Below are positions 36,438 to 49,587 of a stretch of 64,000 bases of DNA, one piece after another. Numbering within the stretch: the stretch's first letter is position 1; the number at the start of each line of letters is the position of its first letter. This stretch comes from Phoronis australis (Eukaryota; Animalia; Phoronida), in the NCBI GenBank assembly GCA_002633005.1, contig NMRA01000554.1, positions 186,001-250,000 on the forward strand. Direction: 5' to 3'. A program made the translations under genes and the position numbers. The notes under the pieces were generated by a model. That model saw nothing but the letters and a program-made list of their open reading frames with translations, was not told the origin of the DNA and ran no database searches.

Positions 36438-39400
36438 ATGGCGGATGGTTGGCTGATCGGAGACTCTCAACATTTGTCATTCGACATCGTTTCTTCTTTA
36501 CTTGAGATGTAAAGTGTTCCGTTTTAAGTTGCAATATAGAAAGTTCATAGTTGTAGTCAGACAGGCTTGGTGCAAAGCTGTATAAATATGCAGGCTTTCA
36601 AATTGGAACTATCTGAGTTAAAAATAGCAAAACAAAAATCAAAGCCAATAAATGTTGGTTGGCAATATTCAATGTCATGACAAAACTTAATTTGGTTTTC
36701 GCCATGAAAAAATGCCGTTTGTTCATTATTTGGTAAAAGTGGGAGTAAGTGGGTTCCTCTTCAAAATGGTTATCTGGGACCTGTTGCACTGAATAATGGA
36801 CATTGCCTTAGCTTAGAGTGAAAACTGGTTCTCAGCAGCCATTTCCACTTTTACCCATTATTCTGCAAATTCAAGATTGTGGAGTGATCATATGCTCTTA
36901 CTAAGCACTATTTGAAATTTTCGCCAATTTCTGTTTTCGCCCATTCTTTAATACTGTTTTTTCACAAGACGTACTGCTTATACAGTTCTCTATAAATTAC
37001 TTTGTTATTAATTTTGAGTTCTGTGGAAATTTTGCATCAGCAAAGTTGTCGTCGTGAGCTCCCAAAAGATGATTCTCTACCAAACCAAAAATTGAGCAAA
37101 TGGCGCATGTGTGTGTCACGAGCATACTGTTTTGAAATCAGTGTTTGACTTTTCTATGTTACAAAGTTAAGTGGGAGTGTGTTTCAGGAAACAGCGTTAA
37201 TCAAATTGTTATGGTTGTAACGAACAAGGTAGGTGTGTTTTGAATGTCGGAGTTGAAAAAACTAATACACAGTTGGGCATGCTATATTTTTTGCAAATCT
37301 TGTGAGAAGGCTGCCATTGACGTGTTGGCAAACTGAAAAAGCAAGGTTGTCTTAAATTGACAATTTTTTATCCGTTGTTCCGTAGTTGGGTAAATCCAGG
37401 CATGCATTCCACAAGGCCTGAGAGGGAAGACTCTCACTCACAAGAATTCACAAACATATACGAAACAATGAAAATCGGTTGAAGCGGGAGACGCAGCCAA
37501 TGCATAGGTCATCCACACAATGCAAGGATTGTTGCATGCCGATTACACATGACTGATGCTTTGTTTATTGCTACCTTTAAATCTGTTCGACTTAACTAAT
37601 ATTTACATTGCCTGCGTACGATTTGCTATGTGTAGATGCTGGTGGACCATAGAATCTAATTTGGTTCCGTGATTTTCTGTTGATAAGCCCATTCGATGAA
37701 AAACGCCCATATAGACTTTCCGTTTACACCCTTCCTTTTCCGTGTAAACACCCGGGCATTTATTGGGTGTTACTAAAACAATTTACAATTTTCATTTTCC
37801 GAATACACGCCCATGGGCTTATCTACGAAAAATCCCGGTACAAAGCGTGTTAACTCGTCAGTTTTCTGATATTGACATTGATTTGTTTCAGGTCATTGTT
37901 GTGTGTTGTAAAACAGCTTCCAAATTTCATTAATGATTTGGAGAAACTGCCTACTAATGTCAGAGAGAAACTGCTCAACTTGATAAGCAAAAGAGGTTTG
38001 ATCACCGACGACAACTTACCTAAGGTATAGACCATGAAATATGGATTAGTTTGGCCAGTTTCATGTAATTTACTGTTTGGTAATGTTTTCTTTTGCACAC
38101 CTTTCTCCCATTTCAATGTTTTGTACTGCATCAATAGCCTTAAATCCCATGTTGTTTGTTTATGAGCCTAGCTCTTTTAAGGAGATTCAGAAGGAATCTT
38201 ACTTTTTGGGGGTCTTCCTGTGGTTATTGTCTTTTTTATTTTTAAAAAAATTTTTGATTGTGAGTTGTTATTGTTTTGCCGATTGCTGAAATTTTCAAGT
38301 CTTCATTTTCTCATATATGTTTCAGGTTGTCCACAGCCAGGTCAAAATGCTAGATTTGAGCGAAAGCAGGGTTACCGATAATGCTTTTGATTGTCTGAAA
38401 CACTGCCAACTGCTGAAGAAGATAGACCTCAATTCAGCCAAAGAGAATCGAACAGAAATCACCAGTGTGGGTGTAGAGAAGCTGGCACTGGCCTGCAAGA
38501 ATCTGCAAGCGTTGTATCTGCGCCGCTGCGTTAAGATAACGGACACTGGTGTAAAGGCGGTGGCACAGCATTGTCCACAGTTACAAGAATTGAACATCGG
38601 AGGTTGCACCCTGCTAACAGATGTTTCCCTACAGGCTCTCGGAAAAAACGCAAAGTGTTTGAAGAATATCAGGTTTTCATCAACAAATGCAAGTATTGAA
38701 ATACTCGAGCATAGTTCTGTATTATTTGTTACACAGTCGTCACGCCTTTTAACTTGAAGTATTAACTTCATCTCATCCGTTTAAATAAATTTAATTACTG
38801 CAAAAATACACACAGTCAAACCTAGTTACAATGCACATCAAGGTAACTGGGAAAGGTGTACGTTAAAGGCGAAGGCAACCTTTTTTCATGTCACTTTTAG
38901 CAAAAATAAGGTCTGTTGATTATCCCAGACATATTTTTCAGTTAATTACAGCTTTTCGTAATTTAATTAATTTCTCGTCCTCTACTCCGGAAGTGACGTT
39001 TTGGGAGGCAAGAATTTCGGGCCAATTTCTTTTCATACAGTCAGACTGTGAGAGCTGTCAAGTCAGTTATTGTTCTACCTCGGATGTGATAAGTTCGGTC
39101 GTCGTTTGCTTTTGTTTACAAGTCAGTCAACATGCCACGCTGTTGCTGCGTACCAGGATGTACTCATTATTGTCTCACACACACTTTGGGTACCTTGCAT
39201 TGCTTTCAAAAGGATGACACACTTCACCGTACTTGGCTACCTCGTTCGTGTGAAGAACGCAGCGTTACCCGCTCACACAACGTACAAAGCAGTGGCAAGC
39301 ATTTTCAGCCGTCAGATTGCGATAGAGATATGTACGCTGAATTGATGAAGGTCCCTGCGAAACAACGCCTGAAGAAGGGTTCCATACCGTCCCTGCTGAT

Positions 39401-42400
39401 TCCCGGCAGTGCCCCGTCGCCACCCCCGAGAAGTGCGTTTTTGAAGCGAGAAGCCTCGCGAGCTGTGGCCACTATAAACAGTGACTGGAGGCACTTAGTC
39501 GTCTACTGTCATCCATGCCTCCGAACGTACCCCATAGCGTGCAATTCCAGGAACTAGCAGTGATTCCCTGTGTGTTGTTGTCTCTAGCCCAGAGCCTGTA
39601 AGCAGCCTTGCAGCGATGTTGAGTAGTGAGAGTGAATGCAGGCCCAGTTTGATACCCAGTGAAAAGTATAGTTTGTCATCCAATGAACAGATCGCTGAGC
39701 CTAAGTTTGTTAAGTTTATTGAGGACTTGTATTGGAGCTAGTTAGAAGGTGCCACGTGTGTGACGTGGGAGTCGCATGGCGGGACTTTGTAAGCAGTTTG
39801 GGTGCTCAAGTCACCATCCACTGGTAGTGTGTCGCGGTACACTCGGGCAAGTGGGACAGTTCTTCCCCTGTACGCAAGACGATAATGAGTACATCTCGGT
39901 AGGCAGCAACACCGTGGCATGTTGACTGACTCGTAAACAAGAACAAACGACGACTGAATTTATCACCACCGAGGTAGAACAATGACTGACTCAACTGCTC
40001 TCACAGCCAGACTTTATGAAAAGAAATTGGTGCGAAATTCTTGCCTCCCAAACCGTCACTTCCGGAGTAAACGACGAGTAATTAATTAAATTACGAAAAG
40101 CTGTAAATAAGTGAAAAATATGTCTGGGATAATCAATGAACCCTATATTTGCTAAAAATGACATGAAAAAAGTTTCTTTCGCCTTTAAAGGAAAGTTCAT
40201 TGTTACGTGCTGGGTGGACTTAGGTAAAATGGAGACTATTAAGGTTGTATGTTATATCACTGAAAGTTCGAAACAGGGTATGTTACATTCAGGTTCAGCT
40301 GTAGTGTTTGCAGGTTGGAGGACCAGTCTGCTGACTGGACCCACAAATGGTGTGTCCTTACTTGTTCACCTTAGAAAATACTGTGGTTAGACTTCTAATC
40401 CACCTCCTGGACCAAGCATCAATAAGCCAGCTCCGTCAAACTTATGAAGACATTGTTGCAACACTGGGGAAGGTTGTAGTACTCTAGTGGCATGATTCAT
40501 GGATACTCAGCCAACTGACCTTTTTGTGTATAGGGATTTGTGATAAATCTTTCATTTTCACCATTGTTTGTTGATGGAAATGTAGGCGTTTCTCTGGTTG
40601 TCTGCTTGCAGTGACCCACTTACTACATTTCATTCATTCTGGTGTATCTCTGTGAAGGTAAATCATTTGGTACCACAACAACTTTGAACAGTTCTTGGTC
40701 TCTGGCCGAGTATCATTTTGTTGGATTTACGAGTCTAGTTCCTAGATTTCATACCTGGCTGCTGTGTTTAAAACTTCTGGCCATAGTATTCGGAGGTCCA
40801 TCCACAGTATGTCTGACTCTGTATTTTTCACTGTGACAAGAAGTTAAGTGATTTGTACACAAAGGTTTGATATTTTTACTTGAAATTGAGACTTTGTTTC
40901 TCAAATGGAGTAAGATTCATTTTGCGAAAAGTTTTGAAAATAATGATTAATAAAACAGCTTTCTAGTACCCAGTTTTTTGTTGTTACTGTAGTTGTTGTA
41001 AATAGTTGTTGGTGTGCGACTCTAGTCATTGCCGTAGCTTGCTACTCTTCATGTTCATTTACAGGTGACAGACCAAGGTGTGATCGACTTAGTCAGTGGT
41101 GATTGTAATCAGTCACTGGAGGAGATTCACATGGACAGTTGCAAGAGTCTGACCGACGATTCAGTCGAGGCTGTGTGCCTGTATTGTCAACATATAAGCA
41201 TCCTACTATTCCATGGCTGTCCACGCATGACTGGTACGTGTCTTTTTATGATTGTTATCTCTTCAAAGGAAGGCACTGCTTGTTACAAGGGCAATCAACA
41301 CATTCATGTTGTGAACGTGCAGCTACTTAGAACAGAATATGACAGACATGGGAAATTTCATTTTTTATTTTCCTCATGAGATTCCCCAAATATGGTTTCT
41401 GTAGGGACAAGACTGTGCATTTAGTGAAATACCTACAAAACTACACATTTTAACTTGGTAAAAGTATATTTTCTGAAAGTAGAAAGCTTACAGAATTTTC
41501 ATGCGCCCACATATTTATATGTAGTCGCATATTGCTGTCATCTCTGTCTGGGTGTCCGGAGCTGTATCTCCTAAACCCCTTACAGAATCTTTATGAGATT
41601 TGGCAGACGTATTCCTATGAAGTTGACGACAGATGACGACCTCTCTGACTACAGGTGTGCAACCTAGTGGCAATTTTAGTTTTTTACGCCTACCTCTGTA
41701 TCTTCGGAAGTCCTCAACGGATTTTCATTAAATGTGGCAGTTATGCATGTATTAGTAAGATGATGCTATTCTCCCGTTTTCTGATACATTCAAGATGTTT
41801 TGCGTCACCTAGTGACCATTTTTACTGTTTTCGAGTCTTTTTTGGTGTCCGCCCTTCTATCAATCAAACTGCTCTAGGGATGATTTTGAAAATTGGCATT
41901 ATGTTCTTACTTTGAAAAGGGTGGCTGACGACGATTTTGCGAGGACTTCGACTACTGTCAGTGGCACCTCCTAGTGGCAGTTATGTTTTTTGCGCCCATA
42001 GCTGCATCTCCTAAACACACTGCAGGATGTTTTATTAAATTTAGCAAATGTACTCATATGAAGTTGACAACGGACGACGACTTTCAGACGTATCTGACGA
42101 ANTGGTACCACAACAACTTTGAACAGTTCTTGGTCTCTGTCCGAGTATCCTTTTGTTGGATTTAGGAGTCTAGTTCCTAGATTTCATACCTGGCTGCTGT
42201 GTTTAAAACTTCTGGCCATAGTATTCAGAGGTCCATCCACAGTATGTCTGACTCTGTATTTTTCACTGTGACAAGGAGTTAAGTGATTTGTACACAAAGG
42301 TTTGATATTTTTACTTGAAATTGAGACTTAGTTTCTCAAATGGAGTAAGATTCATTTTGCGAAAAGTTTTGAAAATAATGATTAATAAAACAGCTTTCTA

Positions 42401-45400
42401 GTACCCAGTTTTTTGTTGTTACTGTAGTTGTTGTAAATAGTTGTTGGTGTGCAACTCTAGTCATTGCCGTAGCTTGCTACTCTTCATGTTCATTTACAGG
42501 TGACAGACCAAGGTGTGATCGACTTAGTCAGTGGTGATTGTAATCAGTCACTGGAGGAGATTCACATGGACAGTTGCAAGAGTCTGACTGACGATTCAGT
42601 CGAGGCTGTGTGCCTGTATTGTCAACATATAAGCATCCTACTATTCCACGGCTGTCCATGCATGACTGGTACGTGTCTTTTTATGATTGTTATCTCTTCA
42701 AAGGAAGACACTGCTTGTTACAAGGGCAATCAACGCATTCATGTTGTGAACGTGCAGCTACTTAGAACAGAATATAACAGACATGGGAAATTTCATTTTT
42801 TATTTTCCTCATGAGATTCCCCAAATATGGTTTCTGTAGGGACTTATTGACCAGAGTGTGCATTTAGTGAAATACCTACAAAACTACAGATTTTAACTTG
42901 GTAAAAGTATATTTTCTGAAAGTAGAAAGCTTACAGAATTTTCATGCGTCCACATATTTATATGTAGTCGCATATTGCTGTCATCTCTGTCTGGGTGTCC
43001 GGAGCTGTATCTCCTAAACCCCTTACAGAATCTTTATGAGATTTGGCAGACATATTCCTATGAAGTTGACGACAGATGACGACCTCTCTGACTACAGGTG
43101 TGCAACCTAGTGGCAATTTTAGTTTTTTACGCCTACCTCTGTATCTTCGGAAGTCCTCAACGGATTTTCATTAAATGTGGCAGTTATGCATGTATTAGTA
43201 CGGTGATGCCATTCTCCCGTTTTCTGATACATTCAAGATGTTTTGCGCCACCTAGTGACCATTTTTACTGTTTTCGAGTCTGTTTTTTTGTGTCCGCCCT
43301 TCTATCAATCAAACTGCTTTAGGGATGATTTTGAAAATTGGCATTATGTTCTTACTTTGAAAAGGGTGGCTGACGACGATTTTGCGAGGACTTCGACTAC
43401 TGTCAGTGGCACCTCCTAGTGGCAGTTATGTTTTTTGCGCCCATAGCTGCATCTCCTAAACACACTGCAGGATGCTTTATTAAATTTAGCAAATGTACTC
43501 ATATGAAGTTGACAACGGATGACGACTTTCAGACGTATCTGACGAATGCTGTGCCCCCTAGTTCCTTTACAGATTTTTATGAAATTCAATAAATAGTTTC
43601 TATTAAAAAGTCCTATTTGTCGACAGCCCCTCATGCAAAAGTGGAACACTCTAAAAACAATTCCTAGCTGTGAATCCCATCTTTGATATTTTGCTCCTAA
43701 CTTAGCCATGCTATAAACATTCCCACTAAATAAGATTGGTCCTAACCCCGCTTGTCAAGGTAAACGGTGGGGTTTGGAAAATTGAACTAGACCGTATTTA
43801 TCCACCTTGGCCGAGTCGCGCTCGGCTCACGATCAAAAGGATGCCGCCAAGCTGCTCTCTTCATCGAGTCACGAGCGAGGATAATTGGCTACGCTCATCC
43901 GGATATGATCAGCTGATTACAATCTAGCTAGCAGACTGTACTTTTTATGGAGAGAGTTTTACGTAGTTTTTACAGTAATATTTGAAAAGAGGAGCGAAAA
44001 CACATATGAGTACAACTTTGAATTTTTCAAATCGGCCCAGGATAAGAGATTTTGCAACACAGCAACACTCACGATTAGTTTCATTCGGCGCCCACGAATA
44101 CAAAAATATAGGACCCAAGTTATTTAGATTTTGGAACACATGCATTGCAATATTCAAAATACGTTTGTTATGAATCTTACAAGCTGTAATTTCATTGTGC
44201 TCATTCAATGTCATCCGTCAAATCGGCAATTTCCGAGATGTGATCTGCGGCGTGCGGGTATGTGTACAAAACACGTGATTGTTATGTTTCTGAAGTACGA
44301 AAATTAAGAAACTTTAGCATGCCGTTATTATTGACAGGGACACGATAACACGAAATTGGATTTTGACTATAGTCTTGATACAGCGAGCTGGCTGGCCACT
44401 GCGTCAGTGTCTCCGTTAGACCCAGAAATTTCACACAGCCCGGGTAGTTCACCTCATCCCCAACATGTAGATCGAGCCTGGGACTATTAATACTCCATGG
44501 TAGAGCTAACGACCGTCGGCCTGTACACACAAAATCTGTGAGTTACCCAGCTCTGACCTTGCACGTGGCAGCCGTTTAAGTGAAAAACAATCTAGTAAAT
44601 GCCATTTTCTTGCATAATCCTCCGCCTTTTGTAACAAAAAAGTCTGAGATTTTTCTCGTGTAGTGTGGAGTACGATGTAGCGCAGATTTGGACTTAATCG
44701 CATTTAATCTGGACTCCACATGAACTTTAAAAATTGTAGAACATAAGGAAGATTTCAGGTAATTTGTTGAGTCGAAACTATATTTTTATTCAAGAGTTCA
44801 AGTTTTCCTATTGACAATCGCGCCTCAGCGACGCATCATTCGGCAAATTTTCGCCCTGTGATGAGCACAATTTTTTGAAAAATTATCGTAATTTAACAAC
44901 GGAAGTTGATAGCAATGCACCACAATTTTGTAGAAAGACTGGCATAGGCTACAAATACGTCACAGAGCGTAAATTTGATGAATCCTAGCTTCTGATTTTA
45001 CCCGTTTGGGAAACCGGGTTTCAACTGCCGTAGGCTACAATAAGCATCCCGTCCCCGTGAAATGAATTTTTCTAAGCGTTTATTAGAGCCAATACAGTAT
45101 ACAGCTTTCCACCAAGGCTAGGTGATGCTACGACATTATTCTTTATTGCATTAGTAACTGGTCTTGGCTAATTATCATTTTATGGCCTGGTCATCCATTC
45201 AGCCAAAAGTAGTTCCAGAGGTGGCTTATCAGCCAATTATTCACGCACGCTGACTCGCAATAGAAGCCTGATAAGAGTGAAGGTGGATAAATGCAGTGTT
45301 CCTACAGTTTCTTGTGGTAGTGGATGTGTTCACGACAGGGCCAAATTTGGAGATTTTCTAGGGTCATACATAACCTTAACCACAGCAACTATCAGACAAT

Positions 45401-45760
45401 GCATTGAGAATTTGTGGGCATTCACAACAATATTGGAAGCTCTGGAATTATGAAAAACTTCAGCTTTAACTGTTATTTTTGTACGCGATTGGTAATTTCA
45501 CTGTCTGTATAGAAAGCATTAGGAGTGGAGTGACAACCAATGTAGTGCTCATAGTATTCCTGCTAAAACAGGTTGCATTTCTTAAATTCATCACTATCTA
45601 CTTTTGATGGTTACTTAAAACAGGAAGAAGGAAATGGTGATTTTCTGAAATTAGGTTTGGATGATTTTCCAACTTCTTCTTTTCAGTTCGATCTCGGCGA
45701 GCCATGGACGAAATGGCATCACAGCATCGGATCCACCAGTTCACATGGACGATTTACTGA
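36438..45760 (+). CDS. AMN1: AMN1 homolog (antagonist of mitotic exit network 1-like leucine-rich repeat protein), about 269 aa
   Basis: Exons 36438-36508, 37892-38024, 38326-38688 (GC donor), 41065-41233 (duplicated at 42500-42668), 45687-45760, total 810 nt. Cys-containing LRRs ([34 protein letters not shown]), [17 protein letters not shown] and C-terminal FTWTIY* closely match vertebrate AMN1 as recalled. Confidence 0.9.
38867..40184. mobile_element. Kolobok-type non-autonomous DNA transposon with long TIRs and degenerate THAP ORFs
   Basis: TTAA on both sides (38863-38866, 40185-40188), termini AGGCGAA...TTCGCCT, and diverged inverted arms of about 300 bp. The internal ORF 39132-39557 is THAP-like. 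Confidence 0.75.
39132..39557 (+). pseudogene. Degenerate THAP-domain ORF (transposase N-terminus relic)
   Basis: [10 protein letters not shown]...LHCF...W...SGKHF...[10 protein letters not shown] follows the THAP pattern (C2CH plus AVPT-like box), but the third Cys is Ser and no catalytic domain follows. Confidence 0.7.
40668..43546. repeat. Near-identical tandem duplication (40668-42101 vs 42103-43546) including AMN1 exon 4
   Basis: N at 42102 lies exactly at the junction, and introns are as similar as exons. Confidence 0.85.
41497..42101 (+). mobile_element. Helentron-associated (HINE/DINE-1-like) repeat fragment, duplicated at about 42940-43620
   Basis: Begins TTTT-CATGCGCCC with a short inverted repeat, then GTCTG/GTCCG motifs and repeated ATCTC...GATTTT...AAATTTGG blocks typical of this class in invertebrates. 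Family call is from pattern only. Confidence 0.4.
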
Positions 45761-46086
45761 CTGATGTCATCTTATTTTTTACTAAATTCTAGCGTTGATT
45801 TATTGAATAGATTTTATTTTTCATTTCATTGATGATTTATTTTTTCTTAATAAGTGATGCGATTTCAAAATGTTTCGTAAATGAACGGTAATGTTGTGTT
45901 TTCCTACATGTGTGCAGCATCGTGTAGTCATGAGTGTCTTCTGCAGTAAGGATCAATTTCAAGGGATCATTGGTATTCCAAATTATAGAAAACTATGCAC
46001 CAAATGAGGTTCACAAACTATTTTCTTTGTGGCTTGATTTCCTGGAACAAACTTGTTTTTTTCTTGCTTTAGTTTGGTAGCTTTAA

Positions 46087-46200
46087 GGGCTGTTCCAGCA
46101 AAATCTGTATGGGAGGGGGGGAAGGCACTTTTATTTCGTACCCACCGCCCATATTTTTCATTTATTTCTCCAACCCATGACCCATAATTTTTTAATTATT
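46087..46200. mobile_element. Truncated copy of the same Harbinger-type MITE
   Basis: TAA|GGGCTGTTCCAGCAAAATCTGTATGGGAGGGG start only. Right boundary approximate. Confidence 0.6.
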
Positions 46201-46793
46201 ATTAATAGGTTAAATTATAAAATCCAACACTTCCAAACAAATTGCCTCCAGGAGGACCTGTTAAGAACTTAGATGATTGACAGACAAGAACTAGTTGTCC
46301 AATATTGTCAAAAACTAAAGTAGCCAGTGAGCAATACTTTTGGCAGCCACCAGGTGTCTCTGTTCACCACGTGTCTATAATTTCAATGAACACTTTTTCA
46401 ATTATAAGGATCTATGAATCTCAAACTGTCTCCACGAACTCTTTTATACTTTTATGTCAAGTGAATATTGGAACTTGTTTATCTTACGCTTTACTTTTTA
46501 TTTAAAAATCATCAATTTTCTTATATGTGTTAACACCAGTTTAGTGTTGCATAACTTTTCAATTCAATAGGACTGCAGACAAACAGTTGGCTCAAATCAA
46601 CTTGTCCATGACTTGATTAATGGCTTAGTGAACATATTGCACTCTGTTCACTGGCAATAATGGGCTTTTTTGAATTGGGATAATTTAGGATATAAGCCAA
46701 ATGCATTTTTTTGAGTTTTGACGGTTGCAGTAACCAACCTGTCAACATTAACAGATCAAAATATACCACCCATTTTTAATGCATCACTTCTTA

Positions 46794-47158
46794 GGGCTGT
46801 TCCAGTAAAATCTGTATGGGCACCTTTTTTTCACACCCACCACCAATATTTTTCATTTATTTCTTCAGCCTACCACCCGTAATTTTTTTATAAGTTTGAA
46901 ATGCAACCACCCGTAATTTTTTTTGTTCTTGTGGTTGACTGCACAGGCGCTTGAGTTTCTCTGTTCCTCCATCACCACTAACGTCATTCATTACTAAGAA
47001 AACATAATGTTTCTTATATATGGTTATTAGCCATCGAGAAATTCGAGCACCTGTGGTTAACTGGTGTTATGGGCATGCCGATGANACCACCACCCATGAA
47101 TTTTTATTTCTACTGCCGTCCCTCCCCCCCTCCCACACGGATTTTACTGGAACAGCCC
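46794..47158. mobile_element. PIF/Harbinger-type MITE, copy 3 (opposite orientation, internal N join)
   Basis: TTA|GGGCTGTTCCAG...CTGGAACAGCCC|TAA. The internal sequence is the reverse complement of copy 1, with an N at 47085. Confidence 0.78.
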
Positions 47159-47252
47159 TAACTTGACCCAGTTATTTCTGTACAAGATGACCGTGTGCCC
47201 TATAAAAATAATTGCAGGCAGTCTTATACATGTTGTACGGGTTCTAGCTGTC

Positions 47253-47324
47253 TGCCCCAGTTGGACTTGAACCCACGACCTTGAGTCAAAGAAGTAGGTG
47301 CTCATACCACTAGGCCACACTGCC
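47253..47324 (-). mobile_element. tRNA-derived (Lys-like) SINE head or pseudo-tRNA
   Basis: On the minus strand, A box TGGCCTAGTGG and B box GGTTCAAGTCC. The 3' half resembles tRNA-Lys, but the acceptor stem does not pair. Confidence 0.55.
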
Positions 47325-49066
47325 TCTAACTGTGTGCCCCAGGTCCAATTTTAGTTTTTAAAAAGCATTCAAAAATAGATTTTTAACTTTGGAATTTCCT
47401 TGGTTATTGTTGGAATACCATAATTCTCTTTATTTTGCACAAAAATTATAAGTTTTTCTGTATTTCAATTCGTGACCTTGCCCCTGTGTATGATCAGTTT
47501 TACCAAGCATTGTTTTTAGCCAGCATGTACACTTTAGTAAAATTGAAGCGGGAATTTCTCATATTGCACAGGAAAAATCAGTTATTTAAGCTGTATTTAC
47601 AGTTGGTGGTGAAAGTGTGTTTGGTAGTTACTGCAGGATTCTTTTCACCATTCTTGTCTAAATGCTTAAGATATGACACACCGTCAGGTGATATTGTCTG
47701 TCACTCATCTGCTACGGTGTTTGTAGATTTTTAAGTTTCAAGCCCATGTCGAAGTAACTAGGAAATTCAGTTCCTTGGCACCACTAATAAGATCATCCAC
47801 TTAATTTGTGAAGTGATGTGATTTCCTAAATTATGGACAAAAAATTGAGGTTTTCAAACAAACAACACTATTAATTTTATGTTAAGGATGACTGAAATTA
47901 GGAAATGCTTCAAATGTCCTGGTAAAACATCAATAGTAGCTTTTTCTCTCAAGTTTCAGTTAAATAGTCCTTGCCACTTCAGGAATGTTTATCTGTAATG
48001 CATTAGGCAGACATCGTTATATCAAATTGTTTTTCTGGGAAGATTGACCACCCATTCTCATCTACAGATGGAACGAAACGCAACTGATTCAAGCATTCGT
48101 TTCTGTCTACAAATGAGCAAGAAATACCCTTGCACTATCATTGAAAATTGGCCTTTGGTGGATCAGTTTTTTGAACTAACACATGTTGTCAGTGTTTTGG
48201 TGTGGGACTACTGGATACATGCAGAACTTTCATTGAAATGTCTTCAGGTACATACTTTCTGCATCTACCACTACTGGGAGCAATAGCAGTATAATTTCTA
48301 AATGCCCACAGATTTTTATATTATTCAGATCGCAGAATTTTTGCAAGTCGTCTCGTCTTTCTTGTACAAACCAGCTAGAGAGGTGCCATTCAGTAGTTCT
48401 AGCCTTGAAACTGGGTTCATTTTCAGATTGTCCTATTGGGGAGTATTTTCCAGTCCTTTGAACAAAACAGTTTTTTGCTTTAGTGTTGTGACCCAGTAAT
48501 TAAAATTGGTGTGAAGCGTGTACATCTTTTGCTCCTGTTCATTGAATATTCAGAGACAGGATCATGCTTATGCAAGCATCTCATTTGTAGACTATATTAT
48601 TTTAACTTACTGTTCACATAGATGTATTTACTATCAATAAACTGACTGTGCCATATGTACTCTTGTTATAACCAGAAGCAGCGCTGTCTTGACGACTTCA
48701 ATATGAGAATATTACACTATGCACCAATAAGTCCTTTTTTAACAAAAATTTGATCTCCTTACAGCTTGTGTTTTACGAGTATTCCAATTTTAGTTGGAAG
48801 AATGTTTTTTACAGCAACGTTGTTCTGAGGCAAGACAAGGTATCGTTATCTGACCACTCCTTTCTGGTAATTGGTAAATCTATATTATACAAAACATCCA
48901 CCATGTCCTACAACTGTGATGGGTAACCTGCGAAGCAGCTCTGTTGCCATCATATTTTGTGTATTACCAGCAAGAAATTAAAGAGTTTTTGCATGGCAAC
49001 TGCTGGAATGTTTCTCTTTAAAATATTTAATAATGGTAGAGACTACTCATAAATAAAACTGGTCGC

Positions 49067-49587
49067 TGAGGAACAAAATTCTTCAGACATAAATGATAAA
49101 GTTGTTACCTTGTGAACGTTTTTTCAACTTCCATGGTTCGGTGGTCATTTTCAAACTTATCTCAAGTAACCAGACGTGACATCACGACTGGAGGAGGAGG
49201 AGTTAGAAAATTGGTTTCTCCAAAATATGGCGCATGCTTTGTCCAGGTGAACTTGTCCTATGTCTCTGTTCATGCACGTATTACCCATCTTTTTTATTCA
49301 AGTAGATTCTCTGATCCACCTAGTAAATCTGCAGTTATTATCCACTGTATCAGAGAATCTACTTGTATCAAAAAGATGGGTAATATATACATGAACAGAG
49401 ACGTATGACAATGTCGACTCAACTCGGCATACAATGCCATTCTTCGTAAGAACCAATTTTCTAGCTCCGCCTACTCCAATCGTGATGTCACAGTACTCGG
49501 CAGACATCAGTTTCGCTGCTGAACCATTGAGGTCAGAAATGTTTCAAGGTAACGATTTTGTTGTCTATGTCTAGAATTGTGCTCCTC
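49067..49587. mobile_element. Foldback/MITE-like inverted repeat
   Basis: Diverged inverted arms, e.g. CAAGTAGATTCTCTGAT / ATCAGAGAATCTACTTG and GTGACATCACGA / TCGTGATGTCAC. Boundaries approximate. Confidence 0.6.

Noticed and set aside
39132-39557. Domesticated host THAP gene
   Set aside because: A zinc-ligand Cys is lost, it lies within TTAA-bounded inverted repeats, and it has a decayed mirror copy.
47253-47324. Functional tRNA gene
   Set aside because: A and B boxes are present, but the acceptor and anticodon stems do not pair.
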